Source of the DNA: Candidatus Electrothrix sp. GW3-4
GTDB taxonomy: Bacteria; Desulfobacterota; Desulfobulbia; Desulfobulbales; Desulfobulbaceae
Length of the DNA: 32,000 nt
Assembly (NCBI RefSeq): GCF_037902255.1
Contig: NZ_CP147990.1
Coordinates: 600,001-632,000, forward strand
Reading direction: 5' to 3'
Part shown: positions 1 to 9,452 of the stretch, piece by piece
How positions within the stretch are numbered: the stretch's first letter is position 1
How the letters are laid out: each line of letters begins with the position of its first letter
Program-made: the position numbers and the translations under genes
Notes under the pieces: model-generated
The model's database searches: none
The model's input: the letters and a program-made list of their open reading frames with translations, nothing else
What the model was told of the DNA's origin: nothing

Positions 1-477
1 CTCGTTCGCGGCCTGCTGGCATTGTTGCCAAGAGAGTTGAGCAACGACCACCGGCAGGATGTGGAGGTTCTCTTGAAAATATTGGAGAAAGGGGACCTGG
101 ACCTCCAGTGAGTGTTCATCGCGATGGGCCGTGTCGTCCGCTGTGAAAAGGGCAGAGGAATTGAGCAGGGCTTCAGCGAGTTCCTTGGCCAGAGGCACCC
201 GCCCCAGCGGCATGTCCCAGTCCTGGGTTCCCACAGCAAGAGGCATCCCTTGACCGTGATGATTGGGCCCGAGAAGAATCACTGTCTCAGGGATGTTGAT
301 TCGGGCAAAGGTCTCCCCAGCCACCCCGCCTGAATAGATATAGCCTGCATGGGGCGAAAGCACGGCCGTGGCTTCTACCTTGGCCAAATTTTCAGGTATC
401 AGGCTATGGAGAGAATGATGAAGTCTGGTTGGATCACCGTCGTAGAATCTGTCCGTAACTACGGGTTGACGAAGCAT
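1..477 (-). CDS. amrB: AmmeMemoRadiSam system protein B (Memo-like); 5' part only, gene runs off the left edge
   Basis: Absent from the ORF track because no stop lies in the window. My translation of the minus strand from the ATG at 475-477 gives MLRQPVVTDRFYDGDPTRL..AVLSPHAGYIYSGGVAGETF..VILLGPNHHG..DEHSLEVQVPFLQYF. HAGY.YSG, GPNH and EHS.EVQ.PFLQ are family hallmarks. An AAGGAG RBS lies 5 nt upstream. Confidence 0.8.
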   Translation of the reverse strand, partial: MLRQPVVTDRFYDGDPTRLHHSLHSLIPENLAKVEATAVLSPHAGYIYSGGVAGETFARINIPETVILLGPNHHGQGMPLAVGTQDWDMPLGRVPLAKELAEALLNSSALFTADDTAHRDEHSLEVQVPFLQYFQENLHILPVVVAQLSWQQCQQAANE

Positions 478-593
478 GGGGTCTCCTTAATGTGAGTGAT
501 GATTTGTAGCGAATTATTATATTGTTATAGTTGTATTTCTGCCTGCTTGCCACATTTTTTTGTCCACACTCCTTACTGGTGATCTTGCCATGT

Positions 594-1889
594 TCACTCC
601 GCAGCCTCCTCTTGCAGCAGTAAACTGAAAACAGCTGGCAGGGCTGCCCTTCTCTGCTGTTCATGCCATTCCTGCCAGTAGGCTGTATAGCCGTCATATA
701 GCACCTGACGCATTGCGCTGTCGTCTTCTGCTGAGTCGCCTAACAGGGGATCAAAGGTGTAGGCATCATTGGGGTCCATAAAGTGAAAATCAAAGCTGAC
801 GATCTTGTCAACATGGGGTGCCATTGTCTCCAGTTGGAGGCGGATTTTTTCCATGCTGGAGGGAATAAGCTGCGGGGCCTCCCTGGTGCCCTGGTTTGTG
901 AAGAGCTCTGCATTGCCCCAGAGCGGCTTACCCGCAGCAACGGCGGCATTGCGGGCTGCCATAAAATATTTTGTCACTTTGTCGTTTGTCGGTGTCAGGG
1001 TGTGAGGATCCACGCCAACGCCATCCTGGAGCATGAGGATATCCAGTTCGCTGTTTTTTAGTGCATACTCCAACATGTCACCGAATTCTTGCGCTGTTGT
1101 TGGAAGCCCGGTGTTAAAAAAGGGGCAGATGGCGAGTTGCTTTTCCGGTAGGGCTGTGTGAACGGCCTTGGCAACTCTATCCAGGATTGAGGCAAGGTAC
1201 GGGTGATTTATTGATGGGATAAAGGCAATGTTGGCAATTTCGATGGAGTAGTAGAATCCGCCAAGGGCTGGATGATCGCCGTATTGCTGAGCAAGATCGT
1301 TCACCACCGCGATGGAGCGCTCCACATGGTGCTCTATGGCTTCGATATCCTCCGTGCTGAGTGTCGGGTCTGTGATAGCGTTCCACCAGTTATAGGGTGA
1401 ATCCTCTCCTTCATTGAGATAGAGGCCCAGCCAGACCTTGATCCCGGCCTTTTGCGCTGCATCAAGCAGGTAGTTAACCGGCTCCTTGCCGCCTCGATTA
1501 GGCGATCCGGTCCATTCGGTCGGGGTGACCCAACCTTGGGTTGGAATGCCGTTGATGGTGGCAGAGGAGGGGTTGTAAAAGGCAAAGTCCGTTTCTGGGC
1601 TGCCACCATAGGCATCGATGTACCAGGTAGGCGGTGTGTTTTCGTAATGGGTCACCCATTGATAAAAGAGCATTTCTGCTCCGGTATCGGCCATGCTTTG
1701 CAGCCATTGATCGTACTCTTCCTGGCTGGAAAATTTTACATCATTTGTTGCTCCGTAGCCCAGGGAGGGCTGGACAAAGAAGCCATGAATACGTGGTTCT
1801 CCTGCCATTGTCAGCAGGGCACTGTGAGCGATTATCAGAGCAGTCAGGAAAAAGATAGAAGGTAGTCGGCTGTATTGTATATCTTTCAT
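594..1889 (-). CDS. Secreted glycoside-hydrolase-like TIM-barrel protein (DUF4434-like), N-terminal signal peptide
   Basis: 431-aa ORF with a GGAGGA RBS. The hydrophobic N-terminus is LPSIFFLTALIIAHSALLTMAG. The IHGFFVQP...W..W...M...G...L..QW pattern recalls DUF4434. The family call is from memory only. Confidence 0.55.
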   Translation of the reverse strand: MKDIQYSRLPSIFFLTALIIAHSALLTMAGEPRIHGFFVQPSLGYGATNDVKFSSQEEYDQWLQSMADTGAEMLFYQWVTHYENTPPTWYIDAYGGSPETDFAFYNPSSATINGIPTQGWVTPTEWTGSPNRGGKEPVNYLLDAAQKAGIKVWLGLYLNEGEDSPYNWWNAITDPTLSTEDIEAIEHHVERSIAVVNDLAQQYGDHPALGGFYYSIEIANIAFIPSINHPYLASILDRVAKAVHTALPEKQLAICPFFNTGLPTTAQEFGDMLEYALKNSELDILMLQDGVGVDPHTLTPTNDKVTKYFMAARNAAVAAGKPLWGNAELFTNQGTREAPQLIPSSMEKIRLQLETMAPHVDKIVSFDFHFMDPNDAYTFDPLLGDSAEDDSAMRQVLYDGYTAYWQEWHEQQRRAALPAVFSLLLQEEAAE

Positions 1890-2504
1890 TGCATTCCTCC
1901 TTATGTTGGAATGTTTATATGAAAATAGTTATTTTTCTTATTTTATCCTCCTTTGTTCATTCCGTTCAAGTCTTCTTTGAGGATTGGCGTAATAGTTCCT
2001 ATTGTTGATTGCTGCGTTCCTTGAATTTATTTCATTGATTGTGTAGATTTTGACTTACGAGTGATGCAATATTATGATTTTTTCTGGAAATAGTACCTGA
2101 AGTAAATCAGGAAATAGCTTCTGGGGGCAGATGACTTTTTTCCGGTACCGACCTTAGCAGGGTGAGCAAGATGAGCGGGGGGAGGGGGGTAAAATGGCTT
2201 TCAGATGATCAGAGCGGAATTCTGTTATCGGTATGTTCGAAAATCTAAAAATTCGGTTTGGGGTGAAAAAATATTGGAAAAAGCAGGCTAATCTGAAATG
2301 AAAGTTGTATGATATTCGCGGACTGTCAGGTTGTGGACAAAAAAGGGGTTTAGAAGAAACTTCTAAAAAAGTCGGAAAAGTGCAAGAAGCTTATGGAAGG
2401 CTGAACGTTTTTTCTACTTCTTCACTAACCGCAATAGAAAGCAGCTGGGTATATGGCAACGAGCTTTTTAATTATCAATGTATAATTAATTATTACAGGA
2501 TGAT

Positions 2505-3731
2505 ATGATCAGTAACAATATTGTTGGTTATTGTTTTCCAAAGGAAACGGTAAAGGGCGTTTTTCCTTTCGATACTGGAGAATTTTTCAAAAGAATTTTT
2601 TTGTTCGACAGGGTTTACCTGAGAAGTTCTCAATTAAATGATATTGGACATATAGTAAGGTGTATTGGTCCTGATCAAGTTATTGAACTGTTGAAATCAG
2701 GGGCTATAAAAATATTACTTGATGGCGTTTTTATGGCTTCTTGTGGTCAAACTGCACGCCTTGGTAGGCCAGCTAAAAAACCTTTGCTGCCACTAGGCTC
2801 TTATTCTTTTTGTACGTTTTCACGCAGGTTTGATAAAAATAGTATGAGTCAATTATTAGCAAATGTTAGGCCGGAAGGGTATTGTATTCAAAAAAAAACA
2901 TTTAAAAAGCTTAAACTTGCGGTTGTTGATAATATGATAAAAGAACCTGAAGAAATTACTTTTTTGTCTAACTCTTCTATAAGGAGTGATATCAAAAATA
3001 ACATTGAATGTATTCGTCATCTTATTGCTAAGAATATTTCATGCAAAAAGGGGATAAATAATTTTGACGAATCGAATATAGTTACAGAAACTGTTGAAAT
3101 CAGCGAAGGTGATCATGAGGTAAAAACAAACTTAAATAAATTATTGGGCATTGATAAAAAGGAAGAACACGAAATAGTACAAAGTGCTTTGTTATCGCTT
3201 GCTACTTTTAATATGATACTTTCTGAAATGAAAGTCTTTGATGCTATGCCAGTTTTTACTGATTTTGAAATTTGTTTATTTGAGCGTAAATATAATCTTT
3301 TTTCAAAGGATGTTATTGAGGATTATTCTATCCATCAGTTGGATAAGATTGTTCAGTTGAATGGTCTTCCAGATTTTTCTCAAGTAGGTTCTGGCTGCAA
3401 AATTAATATTGAAAAATTGCTTGAAGTTAAGAAAACGGAGGAATTTTTGCTGTTCCGGGAATTTTTAAAAAACAGCAACAAGTTAAGCGATAAAGAATTG
3501 ACGAACATTTTCTGTTCGTTAAAGAGTAAAATTTCAAACGCTAGTAGTTCGCTTTTAGGTAAAAGTGCGCGTGTGTTGTTTGGAACTGGAATTGGGGCTA
3601 TTCCTGGAATTGGTCTACCCCTAGGTGCTGTATATTCTGCTATCGATCAATTTTTCTTTGAAAAGATCATGCCTTCTAATGGGGCAATAAGTTTTATAAA
3701 AAACGGTTATTCGCGCATACTCAAACAATAA
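2505..3731 (+). CDS. Orphan hypothetical protein (408 aa), visibly AT-rich, C-terminal Gly-zipper hydrophobic segment
   Basis: Long uninterrupted ORF in AT-rich DNA. I recognise no family motif. The C-terminus GTGIGAIPGIGLPLGAVYSAIDQFFF looks membrane-inserting. The start overlaps (ATGA) the stop of a doubtful 67-aa TTG-start ORF at 2305-2508. Confidence 0.65.
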   Translation: MISNNIVGYCFPKETVKGVFPFDTGEFFKRIFLFDRVYLRSSQLNDIGHIVRCIGPDQVIELLKSGAIKILLDGVFMASCGQTARLGRPAKKPLLPLGSYSFCTFSRRFDKNSMSQLLANVRPEGYCIQKKTFKKLKLAVVDNMIKEPEEITFLSNSSIRSDIKNNIECIRHLIAKNISCKKGINNFDESNIVTETVEISEGDHEVKTNLNKLLGIDKKEEHEIVQSALLSLATFNMILSEMKVFDAMPVFTDFEICLFERKYNLFSKDVIEDYSIHQLDKIVQLNGLPDFSQVGSGCKINIEKLLEVKKTEEFLLFREFLKNSNKLSDKELTNIFCSLKSKISNASSSLLGKSARVLFGTGIGAIPGIGLPLGAVYSAIDQFFFEKIMPSNGAISFIKNGYSRILKQ

Positions 3732-4233
3732 AAATAGAGCTGGTGTAGTGATGCTGTTTTTTCAAAGTTCTTCAGTTTATTCTGGTTAACTATTTCGTAT
3801 CCAATCAGCTAGATGCCGCATAAAAGGTGTTGTAAACTCTGTTTCTTTTCGGGCTGGACACCGAATCTCCTCATTTCCCCGCTTGCCAACCCCGCAAACC
3901 TGTGTTTAAAAGACTTCGGAATTCAACGCATACCGTCCGTAGCAGCAACTAACAAATCCAGAGGGTGAAGGTAGTAACATGCCGAATCATTGAAATATCC
4001 GACAGCACCCCGGAGCTGCCGGAGCAACTCGGAACCAAAGGGAAATAGGGGGCTGACACCCGTTTTTTTGGCTCCCGATCTGGAGTGGATCAGACAGGTT
4101 GCATGATTGCTACCCTGTGATCAGTTACAAGGACATGTCTGAACAGGTGTTTTTCGCTCATTTGGTCTGTCCAAAAAAGATTATTCCCTGAAGGTCAGAA
4201 GATCAAAAAACAATCGGGGATAACTGCCTTCTA

Positions 4234-4386
4234 TCACACTCCAGCTTTTCGAAATTCCACAGCCCTGCAAATAGTCTCGTAGACCTCTACGGAAAATTCA
4301 TAACCAAGGCCCGGCTCTATTTCTTCGTAATAATCAACGGCCTTGCTGAACTCCTCTTCCGCTTCAGGATGAAAAGAAAAACTCAT
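4234..4386 (-). pseudogene. Truncated ParE/RelE-family toxin fragment (50 codons)
   Basis: My translation gives MSFSFHPEAEEEFSKAVDYYEEIEPGLGYEFSVEVYETICRAVEFRKAGV*. This is the typical N-terminal half of ParE-like toxins (F.PEAE.E...A..YYE...PGLG..F). It is too short to be functional and falls below the track's length cutoff. Confidence 0.55.
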
Positions 4387-4532
4387 TGCTCGAACTTTCT
4401 CCATATTTTCTCAAAGACTTCTTTTCCCGGTACCGGCTTGACGGAACCACTCTTTATTTCACTCAAACGCCTTTGCGCTACAGCGGCCCATTCTTTGTCA
4501 ATGGCTGATTCCGGTATGCTTCTTTTGCCCGC
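4383..4532 (-). pseudogene. C-terminal fragment of a putative addiction-module antitoxin (Unstab_antitox-like), no start codon
   Basis: The in-frame stretch ..PESAIDKEWAAVAQRRLSEIKSGSVKPVPGKEVFEKIWRKFEQ* ends in an ATGA overlap with the toxin fragment. The frame is closed by a TGA upstream and contains no ATG. Confidence 0.5.
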
Positions 4533-4835
4533 TCATAATCGGCTTTCGGTACTTTCCTTTTCCTTCCTGTACCTTCTTATACTTTAATTATATTGCCGGA
4601 TAAAAACAACGCTTATCCCCGATATGCCGTCCGCTGAAAAACGGATTCTCCTTCCTAATGCAGCAGACCGCCAAATTTCCGAACCGTGTGCCAAGGTGGG
4701 GCCGTGGGCAATGCTCTTTCTCAAGTCATGATCATATCCGCAAAAGAATCAATGCGGCGCGGGTGGATATCTGCAAAGTCTATAAGCGGCTGGAAGCGCG
4801 AGGTTTGGTATGCCGGGCGTTTGGAGATGCTTTTA

Positions 4836-4871
4836 AACAAAAAAAGGAGTTAAGCGTTTCCGCTTAACTCC
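4836..4871 (-). terminator. Rho-independent terminator downstream of tRNA-Pro
   Basis: Perfect 11-bp stem ggagttaagcg/cgcttaactcc (4846-4856 / 4861-4871) with loop tttc. On the minus strand it is followed by a run of eight Ts. Confidence 0.75.
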
Positions 4872-4881
4872 TTTATATTAC

Positions 4882-4958
4882 TGGTCGGAACGAGAGGATT
4901 TGAACCTCCGGCCCCTTGACCCCCAGTCAAGTGCGCTACCAGGCTGCGCCACGTTCCG
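4882..4958 (-). tRNA. tRNA-Pro (anticodon GGG), CCA encoded
   Basis: The reverse complement reads CGGAACG-TG-GCGC-AGCCTGGTA-GCGC-A-CTTGA-CTGGGGG-TCAAG-GGGCC-GGAGG-TTCAAAT-CCTCT-CGTTCCG-ACCA. This is a full cloverleaf with a T-loop TTCAAAT, an anticodon loop CT-GGG-GG and G37. Confidence 0.9.
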
Positions 4959-5188
4959 ATATAGTCTTTGTGCAGGGTCTATCTACCATTTTAGGGAAGG
5001 TGCTGTCAACAGTTTTTCGCTGAAACGATTTGTTTCCAGAGAAGAGCTTGCTGCCCTAGTACAGCAACCGCTAAATTTTGCTAATAACTCATATCGGCTT
5101 AACCGGCTGTAAAAACCATAAGTTTCAAAAATTACTTGCGTGAAGTTATTAGTCGAACTTGCAAATTACTGTACTAGAGCGAGTCTTG

Positions 5189-5635
5189 CTACTGATCGGC
5201 TTTTGCCTCTTTCAAACTATAGATGAGGGGGTATATCTGACAGGCTACGCAAAATTTAAACGCGGCCTCAAGGGCAGCGCAGGTCATAAAGATTGCTCCG
5301 GCGGCCAAGGCGGTTTGTTCAAGGTTGAAGATCCATGCAGCTGTGAGCAGGCAGCAGAAGAGAAATCCTATTTTTGCGGCAAAGATCTTAGGACAGGCAT
5401 CGACCATGACCGGTTTGATTTTGAGGATGCTCAGAATGCCCTTGCTGATATTGGCAAACAGGCTGTACTGAGGGTTGAGAAAACCACGGATAAAGAAATC
5501 CACCCCAACAACCAGAATAATCCATTTCCAGGATGTCAGCAGAAAGAAAAGGATGGACAGAAACGCCAGCGCCGCATTGATTCGTACAGCATTTTCGTTG
5601 ATCTGCTTGAAGGATACAGGGCACATAAGATTCAT
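5189..5635 (-). CDS. DUF4395 domain membrane protein
   Basis: 148 aa with a GGAGG RBS. It shows the pattern INENAVRINAAL..(TM)..VDFFIRGF..P.YS....K.FAAKIG..F....LEAAF.FC..C.IY, which is typical of DUF4395. Confidence 0.75.
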   Translation of the reverse strand: MNLMCPVSFKQINENAVRINAALAFLSILFFLLTSWKWIILVVGVDFFIRGFLNPQYSLFANISKGILSILKIKPVMVDACPKIFAAKIGFLFCCLLTAAWIFNLEQTALAAGAIFMTCAALEAAFKFCVACQIYPLIYSLKEAKADQ

Positions 5636-5943
5636 GGGGGCCTCCTTTGCATATGGGGATGATAATTATTTTATAAAAACAATTTGTTGTCTTGTTTTGT
5701 TCTGAGGGAAGTTTGTACTGTATCAGACGGGGCAGGTCAAGAGAAAATAGTTTGAAAGACAGCGAGGTATTGGTTATTTTTGTTTTTACGGTGTTGTTTA
5801 GTCGGTTATGACCTGAGTTCAGGTGACTGGAGAATAATCCCCATCTTGGCCCAGTGAACCGAGACAGTAAAACATGAAAGTTGGGATGGGGGACTCCGTC
5901 ACCCATCCTTTCATATAAACAATTTGAAAATAAGAGAGAAGAG

Positions 5944-6360
5944 ATGAAAAGCTATCACAAAGAACTCTGGTTTGAGGTCAAGAGACGGCGGGAATTTGTC
6001 AATATTACCCAGGAGGTGGAGGCCTGTCTGGCAGAGTCGGGCATTCAGGAGGGGCTCTGTCTGGTCAACGCCATGCATATCACGGCCTCGGTCTTTATCA
6101 ATGATGACGAGTCCGGTCTCCATCATGACTATGAGGTCTGGTTGGAAAAACTCGCCCCCCATGCCCCGGTCTCCCAGTACCGCCATAATGGCTACGAGGA
6201 TAATGCCGATGCCCATATGAAGAGGCAGGTCATGGGCCGGGAGGTGGTCGTGGCGGTCACCGAGGGCAAGCTCCACTTCGGGACCTGGGAGCAGATCTTT
6301 TATGGCGAGTTTGACGGGCGGCGGAAGAAACGGGTGTTGGTTAAGATCATCGGGGAGTGA
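5944..6360 (+). CDS. yjbQ: YjbQ/UPF0047 family protein (secondary thiamine-phosphate synthase enzyme)
   Basis: [54 protein letters not shown]...AP....[14 protein letters not shown]...G.E..V.V..GKL.FGTW is the conserved UPF0047 signature. I prefer the ATG at 5944 (purine-rich RBS) over the track start at 5881. Confidence 0.85.
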   Translation: MKSYHKELWFEVKRRREFVNITQEVEACLAESGIQEGLCLVNAMHITASVFINDDESGLHHDYEVWLEKLAPHAPVSQYRHNGYEDNADAHMKRQVMGREVVVAVTEGKLHFGTWEQIFYGEFDGRRKKRVLVKIIGE

Positions 6361-6385
6361 GCGGGGAAAACCAGGAGCTGGCTTC

Positions 6386-6982
6386 TCAGAAGAGTCTGGT
6401 CTGCACGGTCCTGCGGATCTCCTCCTGGACCTGTTCCGGGGGCTGGGCTGCATTGATGCGGGCTATGCAGGGATCAGCAAAGGCGGCAAAATGGTCTGCC
6501 ACCTTGCGCAGCTGATCGAGTTGTTCAAAATCATTGAGCTCTTCACCACGACCCTCCTGGATCCGGGCAATGGAGATTTCCGGGTCCATGGTCAGGAGCA
6601 GGACCAGGTTCGGTACCGGGGCAAAGCTGTTACGGGCAAAGATCTCTGTAGGATCCATACCAGCGGCTCCCTGATAGGCAGCTGTGGAGTAATAATAGCG
6701 GTCCGTGAGGATGATTTTGCCCGCAGCCAGCTCTGGTTCAATTAATTCGTTTACATGAAGGCGACGGTCCTCAAGAAAGAGGTTGAGCTCTTCTTCCGGG
6801 GTGCAGCTGCTTCGATCCTTGTATAATTCCCTAATCCGACGACCGTACTTGCTGTCCGTGGGTTCATAGGTGGTGATGACCGTGAGGCCTTGCCCCTTGA
6901 GGAAATTCGCCAACGACTGCAATTGGGTTGATTTTCCCGTGCCGTCAATGCCCTCAAAGGCAACCAGCATACCGTTTTCCAT
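6386..6982 (-). CDS. tmk: Thymidylate kinase
   Basis: MENGMLVAFEGIDGTGKSTQ (P-loop), ..YEPTD..YG..IR, ..LTDRYYYSTAAYQG. The upstream part of the track ORF overlaps pdxA and is not tmk-like, so the start is set at 6982 (6970 is an alternative). Confidence 0.9.
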   Translation of the reverse strand: MENGMLVAFEGIDGTGKSTQLQSLANFLKGQGLTVITTYEPTDSKYGRRIRELYKDRSSCTPEEELNLFLEDRRLHVNELIEPELAAGKIILTDRYYYSTAAYQGAAGMDPTEIFARNSFAPVPNLVLLLTMDPEISIARIQEGRGEELNDFEQLDQLRKVADHFAAFADPCIARINAAQPPEQVQEEIRRTVQTRLF

Positions 6983-7985
6983 GCCTGTGTACTCCTGTTC
7001 TGTTGTTGGCAATATGCGCCGCCATTTGCCAGGCCGCCTCCAGGCTGGTCGGGTCTGCCTTGCCCTGGCCTGCAATATCATAGGCCGTACCGTGATCCAC
7101 AGAGGTGCGGATAATGGGCAGCCCTAAGGTGACGTTGACGCCGTCCTGGAAATGGAGCAGCTTAAAGGGGATTAATCCCTGGTCGTGGTACATACAGACC
7201 ACGGCATCAAACTCATGGTTGGCAGCCCTGTAAAAGATGGTGTCTGGAGGCCAGGGACCACTGATCTCGGCTTCGTTACCCCCTTGCTCATATTGGTCCA
7301 GGGCGGGTTGGATGATCTCAATTTCCTCCTGCCCGAACATACCCTGCTCGCCAGCGTGGGGGTTGAGGGCAGCCACGGCTATCTTGGGGGAGCGGATGGA
7401 AAAATCTTTACGCAATGACTCGGCTGTCATGCTGATGCAATCCTGGATTTCCGCAATGGTCAAGAGCTCAGAGATCTTTGCCAAAGGCTCGTGAATGGTG
7501 ACCAAGACCACCCGCAGCCGGGAACCTGCCAGCATCATCCGGTAATGATCGGTCTTGGTCAGATGGGCTAACATCTCGGTGTGACCGGGAAAATGGATTC
7601 CTGCATTATTCAGCGCTTTTTTGGAGATAGGGCAGGTCACCATAGCAGCAAAGTCTCCGTCCTGGGTATGTTCGACCGCCACACGAATGTACTCTGCCAT
7701 AGCAAGCGAGGTCTCCCGGGTCGGTTTGCCCCATTGCAGCTCTTTGGCATTGAGCTGGGAGAGCTCCATAACTGGCACAGTGCCCGGTCTGATTTCGTTG
7801 CCAGGATGCCAGGGAACCAGTTCTGCTTGGATCTGGAGTTGTTCGGCTGTGCGGGCAAGGACAGCAAGGTCCCCAAGGACAACGGGAGGGAACGCTGTCT
7901 TTTCCTCAAGATTTTTAAAAAAACGAAGGAGAATCTCCGGGCCAACCCCAACGGGGCATCCCATGGTCATGGCAATCGGTTTCAT
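6954..7985 (-). CDS. pdxA: 4-hydroxythreonine-4-phosphate dehydrogenase PdxA
   Basis: 343 aa with a GGAGG RBS. Motifs present are MGCPVGVGPEI, FPGHTEMLA, AALNPHAGE, CMYHDQGLIP.K and TSVDHGTAYDIAG. Confidence 0.9.
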   Translation of the reverse strand: MKPIAMTMGCPVGVGPEILLRFFKNLEEKTAFPPVVLGDLAVLARTAEQLQIQAELVPWHPGNEIRPGTVPVMELSQLNAKELQWGKPTRETSLAMAEYIRVAVEHTQDGDFAAMVTCPISKKALNNAGIHFPGHTEMLAHLTKTDHYRMMLAGSRLRVVLVTIHEPLAKISELLTIAEIQDCISMTAESLRKDFSIRSPKIAVAALNPHAGEQGMFGQEEIEIIQPALDQYEQGGNEAEISGPWPPDTIFYRAANHEFDAVVCMYHDQGLIPFKLLHFQDGVNVTLGLPIIRTSVDHGTAYDIAGQGKADPTSLEAAWQMAAHIANNRTGVHRHGKRYAGCL

Positions 7986-8430
7986 AATCCTCCGTTATTT
8001 TTGAAGTTGACGAGTTGGTATTCCGTGAGATACTGCTGCTTGCCGGGCATGAATGATGATGAATCATCCTAAAGAGAGCTGATGTCTTTGTCAAGAAATT
8101 AGCTGGGGGTAACATTGAGCCCCGCCCGTGAGGCGCTGGGTAAGCTTCTTGACAGTCAGGTTCGGATTGCTGTCTAATGAATTATAACCCTACATTTCTC
8201 TCATTCACATTCTGACACGACAGAGTATTTTCTGGGAACTATGGGGCGATACGTGCGAGAGGTCGGATGAAAGAGAGTGGCGGGAAACACGAGCTGGCAA
8301 TTCCTGTTTTTTTGAGAATGCAGGTGAGTACCAGAATGCGACACATTGAAGAGCGTAACGATGAGGCTAACCAAAGAAAATTTTTTCTTCAGGGTGGATG
8401 GATGGAACTTTTAAATGAGAGGTGGTTGTT

Positions 8431-8844
8431 ATGGAAGAACAAAATAGGCGGAGATTTTCACGAGTACATCTCCAATGGGCTGTTCGGCTTGACTTTGGTG
8501 TCGTGGAGTATAAGCGCTTTGTTCATAATGTCAGTCTGAGTGGATTGTATATTGAGGGCGATTTCCGGCAGATGCTTGGAGATGTCTGCATAATCAGCCT
8601 GAAACAATCCGGCCTTTTTTCTGGAGAATTTGTCCAGGCAGTCGGAACCATTGCCAGGATTTCCGAGCATGGTGTGGCAGTCGAATTCCTTTCTATGAAG
8701 CTGGATAGCTTCTTCTTCCTGCAAGCAACACTTTTTTGTAAGGCTGTCAACCCCTCCCGCCTGGGAAGAGAGTTTATCACCCATAATATTTTTGAGCTTG
8801 AGGGCGATCTTATCCTGTTTGAGCCCTTTACTATGGACGTTTGA
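8431..8844 (+). CDS. PilZ domain protein (putative c-di-GMP receptor)
   Basis: RRRFSR (RxxxR) is followed by NVSLSGLYIEG (D/NxSxxG), the two-part PilZ c-di-GMP binding signature. The ATG at 8431 is preceded by GAGGTGG. Confidence 0.7.
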   Translation: MEEQNRRRFSRVHLQWAVRLDFGVVEYKRFVHNVSLSGLYIEGDFRQMLGDVCIISLKQSGLFSGEFVQAVGTIARISEHGVAVEFLSMKLDSFFFLQATLFCKAVNPSRLGREFITHNIFELEGDLILFEPFTMDV

Positions 8845-8923
8845 ACGATGAAACAGGTGCAGAATCTCCTGCTCCGCCGGAACGAACACTGATACGTGGA
8901 TCCTGACGTATACGCCTTCTGCG

Positions 8924-9301
8924 TTATGACCAGCCTTCAAAGGCGTTTTTGAGTACCTCAATGCGCACACCCTGCTTGCTGAGATGGACGGCCACCACAT
9001 CAAAGCGAACAGGAATCTCCCTTCCATGGACATAGGCGGACGCAATTTTAACAATCTGCTGCTGCTTACGGATATCAACGGCCTCAAAAGGACTGCCGAA
9101 CCGTTTCGTGCGCCGGGTTTTCACCTCAATAAAGACGAGATCTTCACCATCGCGGGCGATGATATCGACCTCGCCTATCCGTAAGCGATAATTGCGTTCC
9201 AGAATGGTATAGCCCTGTTGTTCCAGGTATTGCGCCGCCAGATCCTCACCGGAACGTCCGGTTGCTTTTCTGGCATCTTTTTTGCAATCCGGGGGGATCA
9301 T
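8924..9301 (-). CDS. yraN: YraN family (UPF0102) endonuclease-like protein
   Basis: GRSGEDLAAQYLEQQGYTILERNYRLRIGEVDIIARDGEDLVFIEVKTRR matches the YraN consensus G..GE..A..YL...GY.IL.RN.R...GE.D.IA.D...LVF.EVK.R. Confidence 0.85.
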   Translation of the reverse strand: MIPPDCKKDARKATGRSGEDLAAQYLEQQGYTILERNYRLRIGEVDIIARDGEDLVFIEVKTRRTKRFGSPFEAVDIRKQQQIVKIASAYVHGREIPVRFDVVAVHLSKQGVRIEVLKNAFEGWS

Positions 9302-9363
9302 TCCTAAAAAAGAAACCTGTTTTTCAACTCAGCCGTTATATCGAGTCGTCGCGTTTTCTGTAT

Positions 9364-9452
9364 GTAGGGTTCCCGTAGGGACGAATCCCTGTGTTCGTCC
9401 TGAACATGCCGTGCAGGATATACAACGGGCAGGCACAGGGGCCTGCCCCTAC
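9364..9452. repeat. REPIN (inverted REP doublet, GTAG...CTAC) between yraN and secA
   Basis: The left arm is gtagg..gtaGGGACGAAtccctgtgTTCGTCC. The right arm is GGGCAGGCacagggGCCTGCCCctac. The right arm abuts the secA stop codon. The same right arm recurs at 12182-12207, 20825-20850 and 28049-28074. Confidence 0.8.

Noticed and set aside
112-333. 73-aa plus-strand ORF at the left edge
   Set aside because: It is antisense to the amrB coding sequence, whose family motifs are clear on the minus strand.
1960-2010. A possible att direct repeat of the tRNA-Pro 3' end (gaggattgg against gaggatttg) marking the far edge of the islet
   Set aside because: It is only an 8/9 match over 9 nt, well within chance expectation for this window. 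No integrase gene or fragment could be read in any frame of 3732-4880.
5911-6745. ORFs 5911-6453 (minus) and 6302-6745 (plus)
   Set aside because: They are antisense to yjbQ and tmk respectively. Their composition is Pro/Arg/Gly-rich, as is typical of off-frame GC-rich translation.
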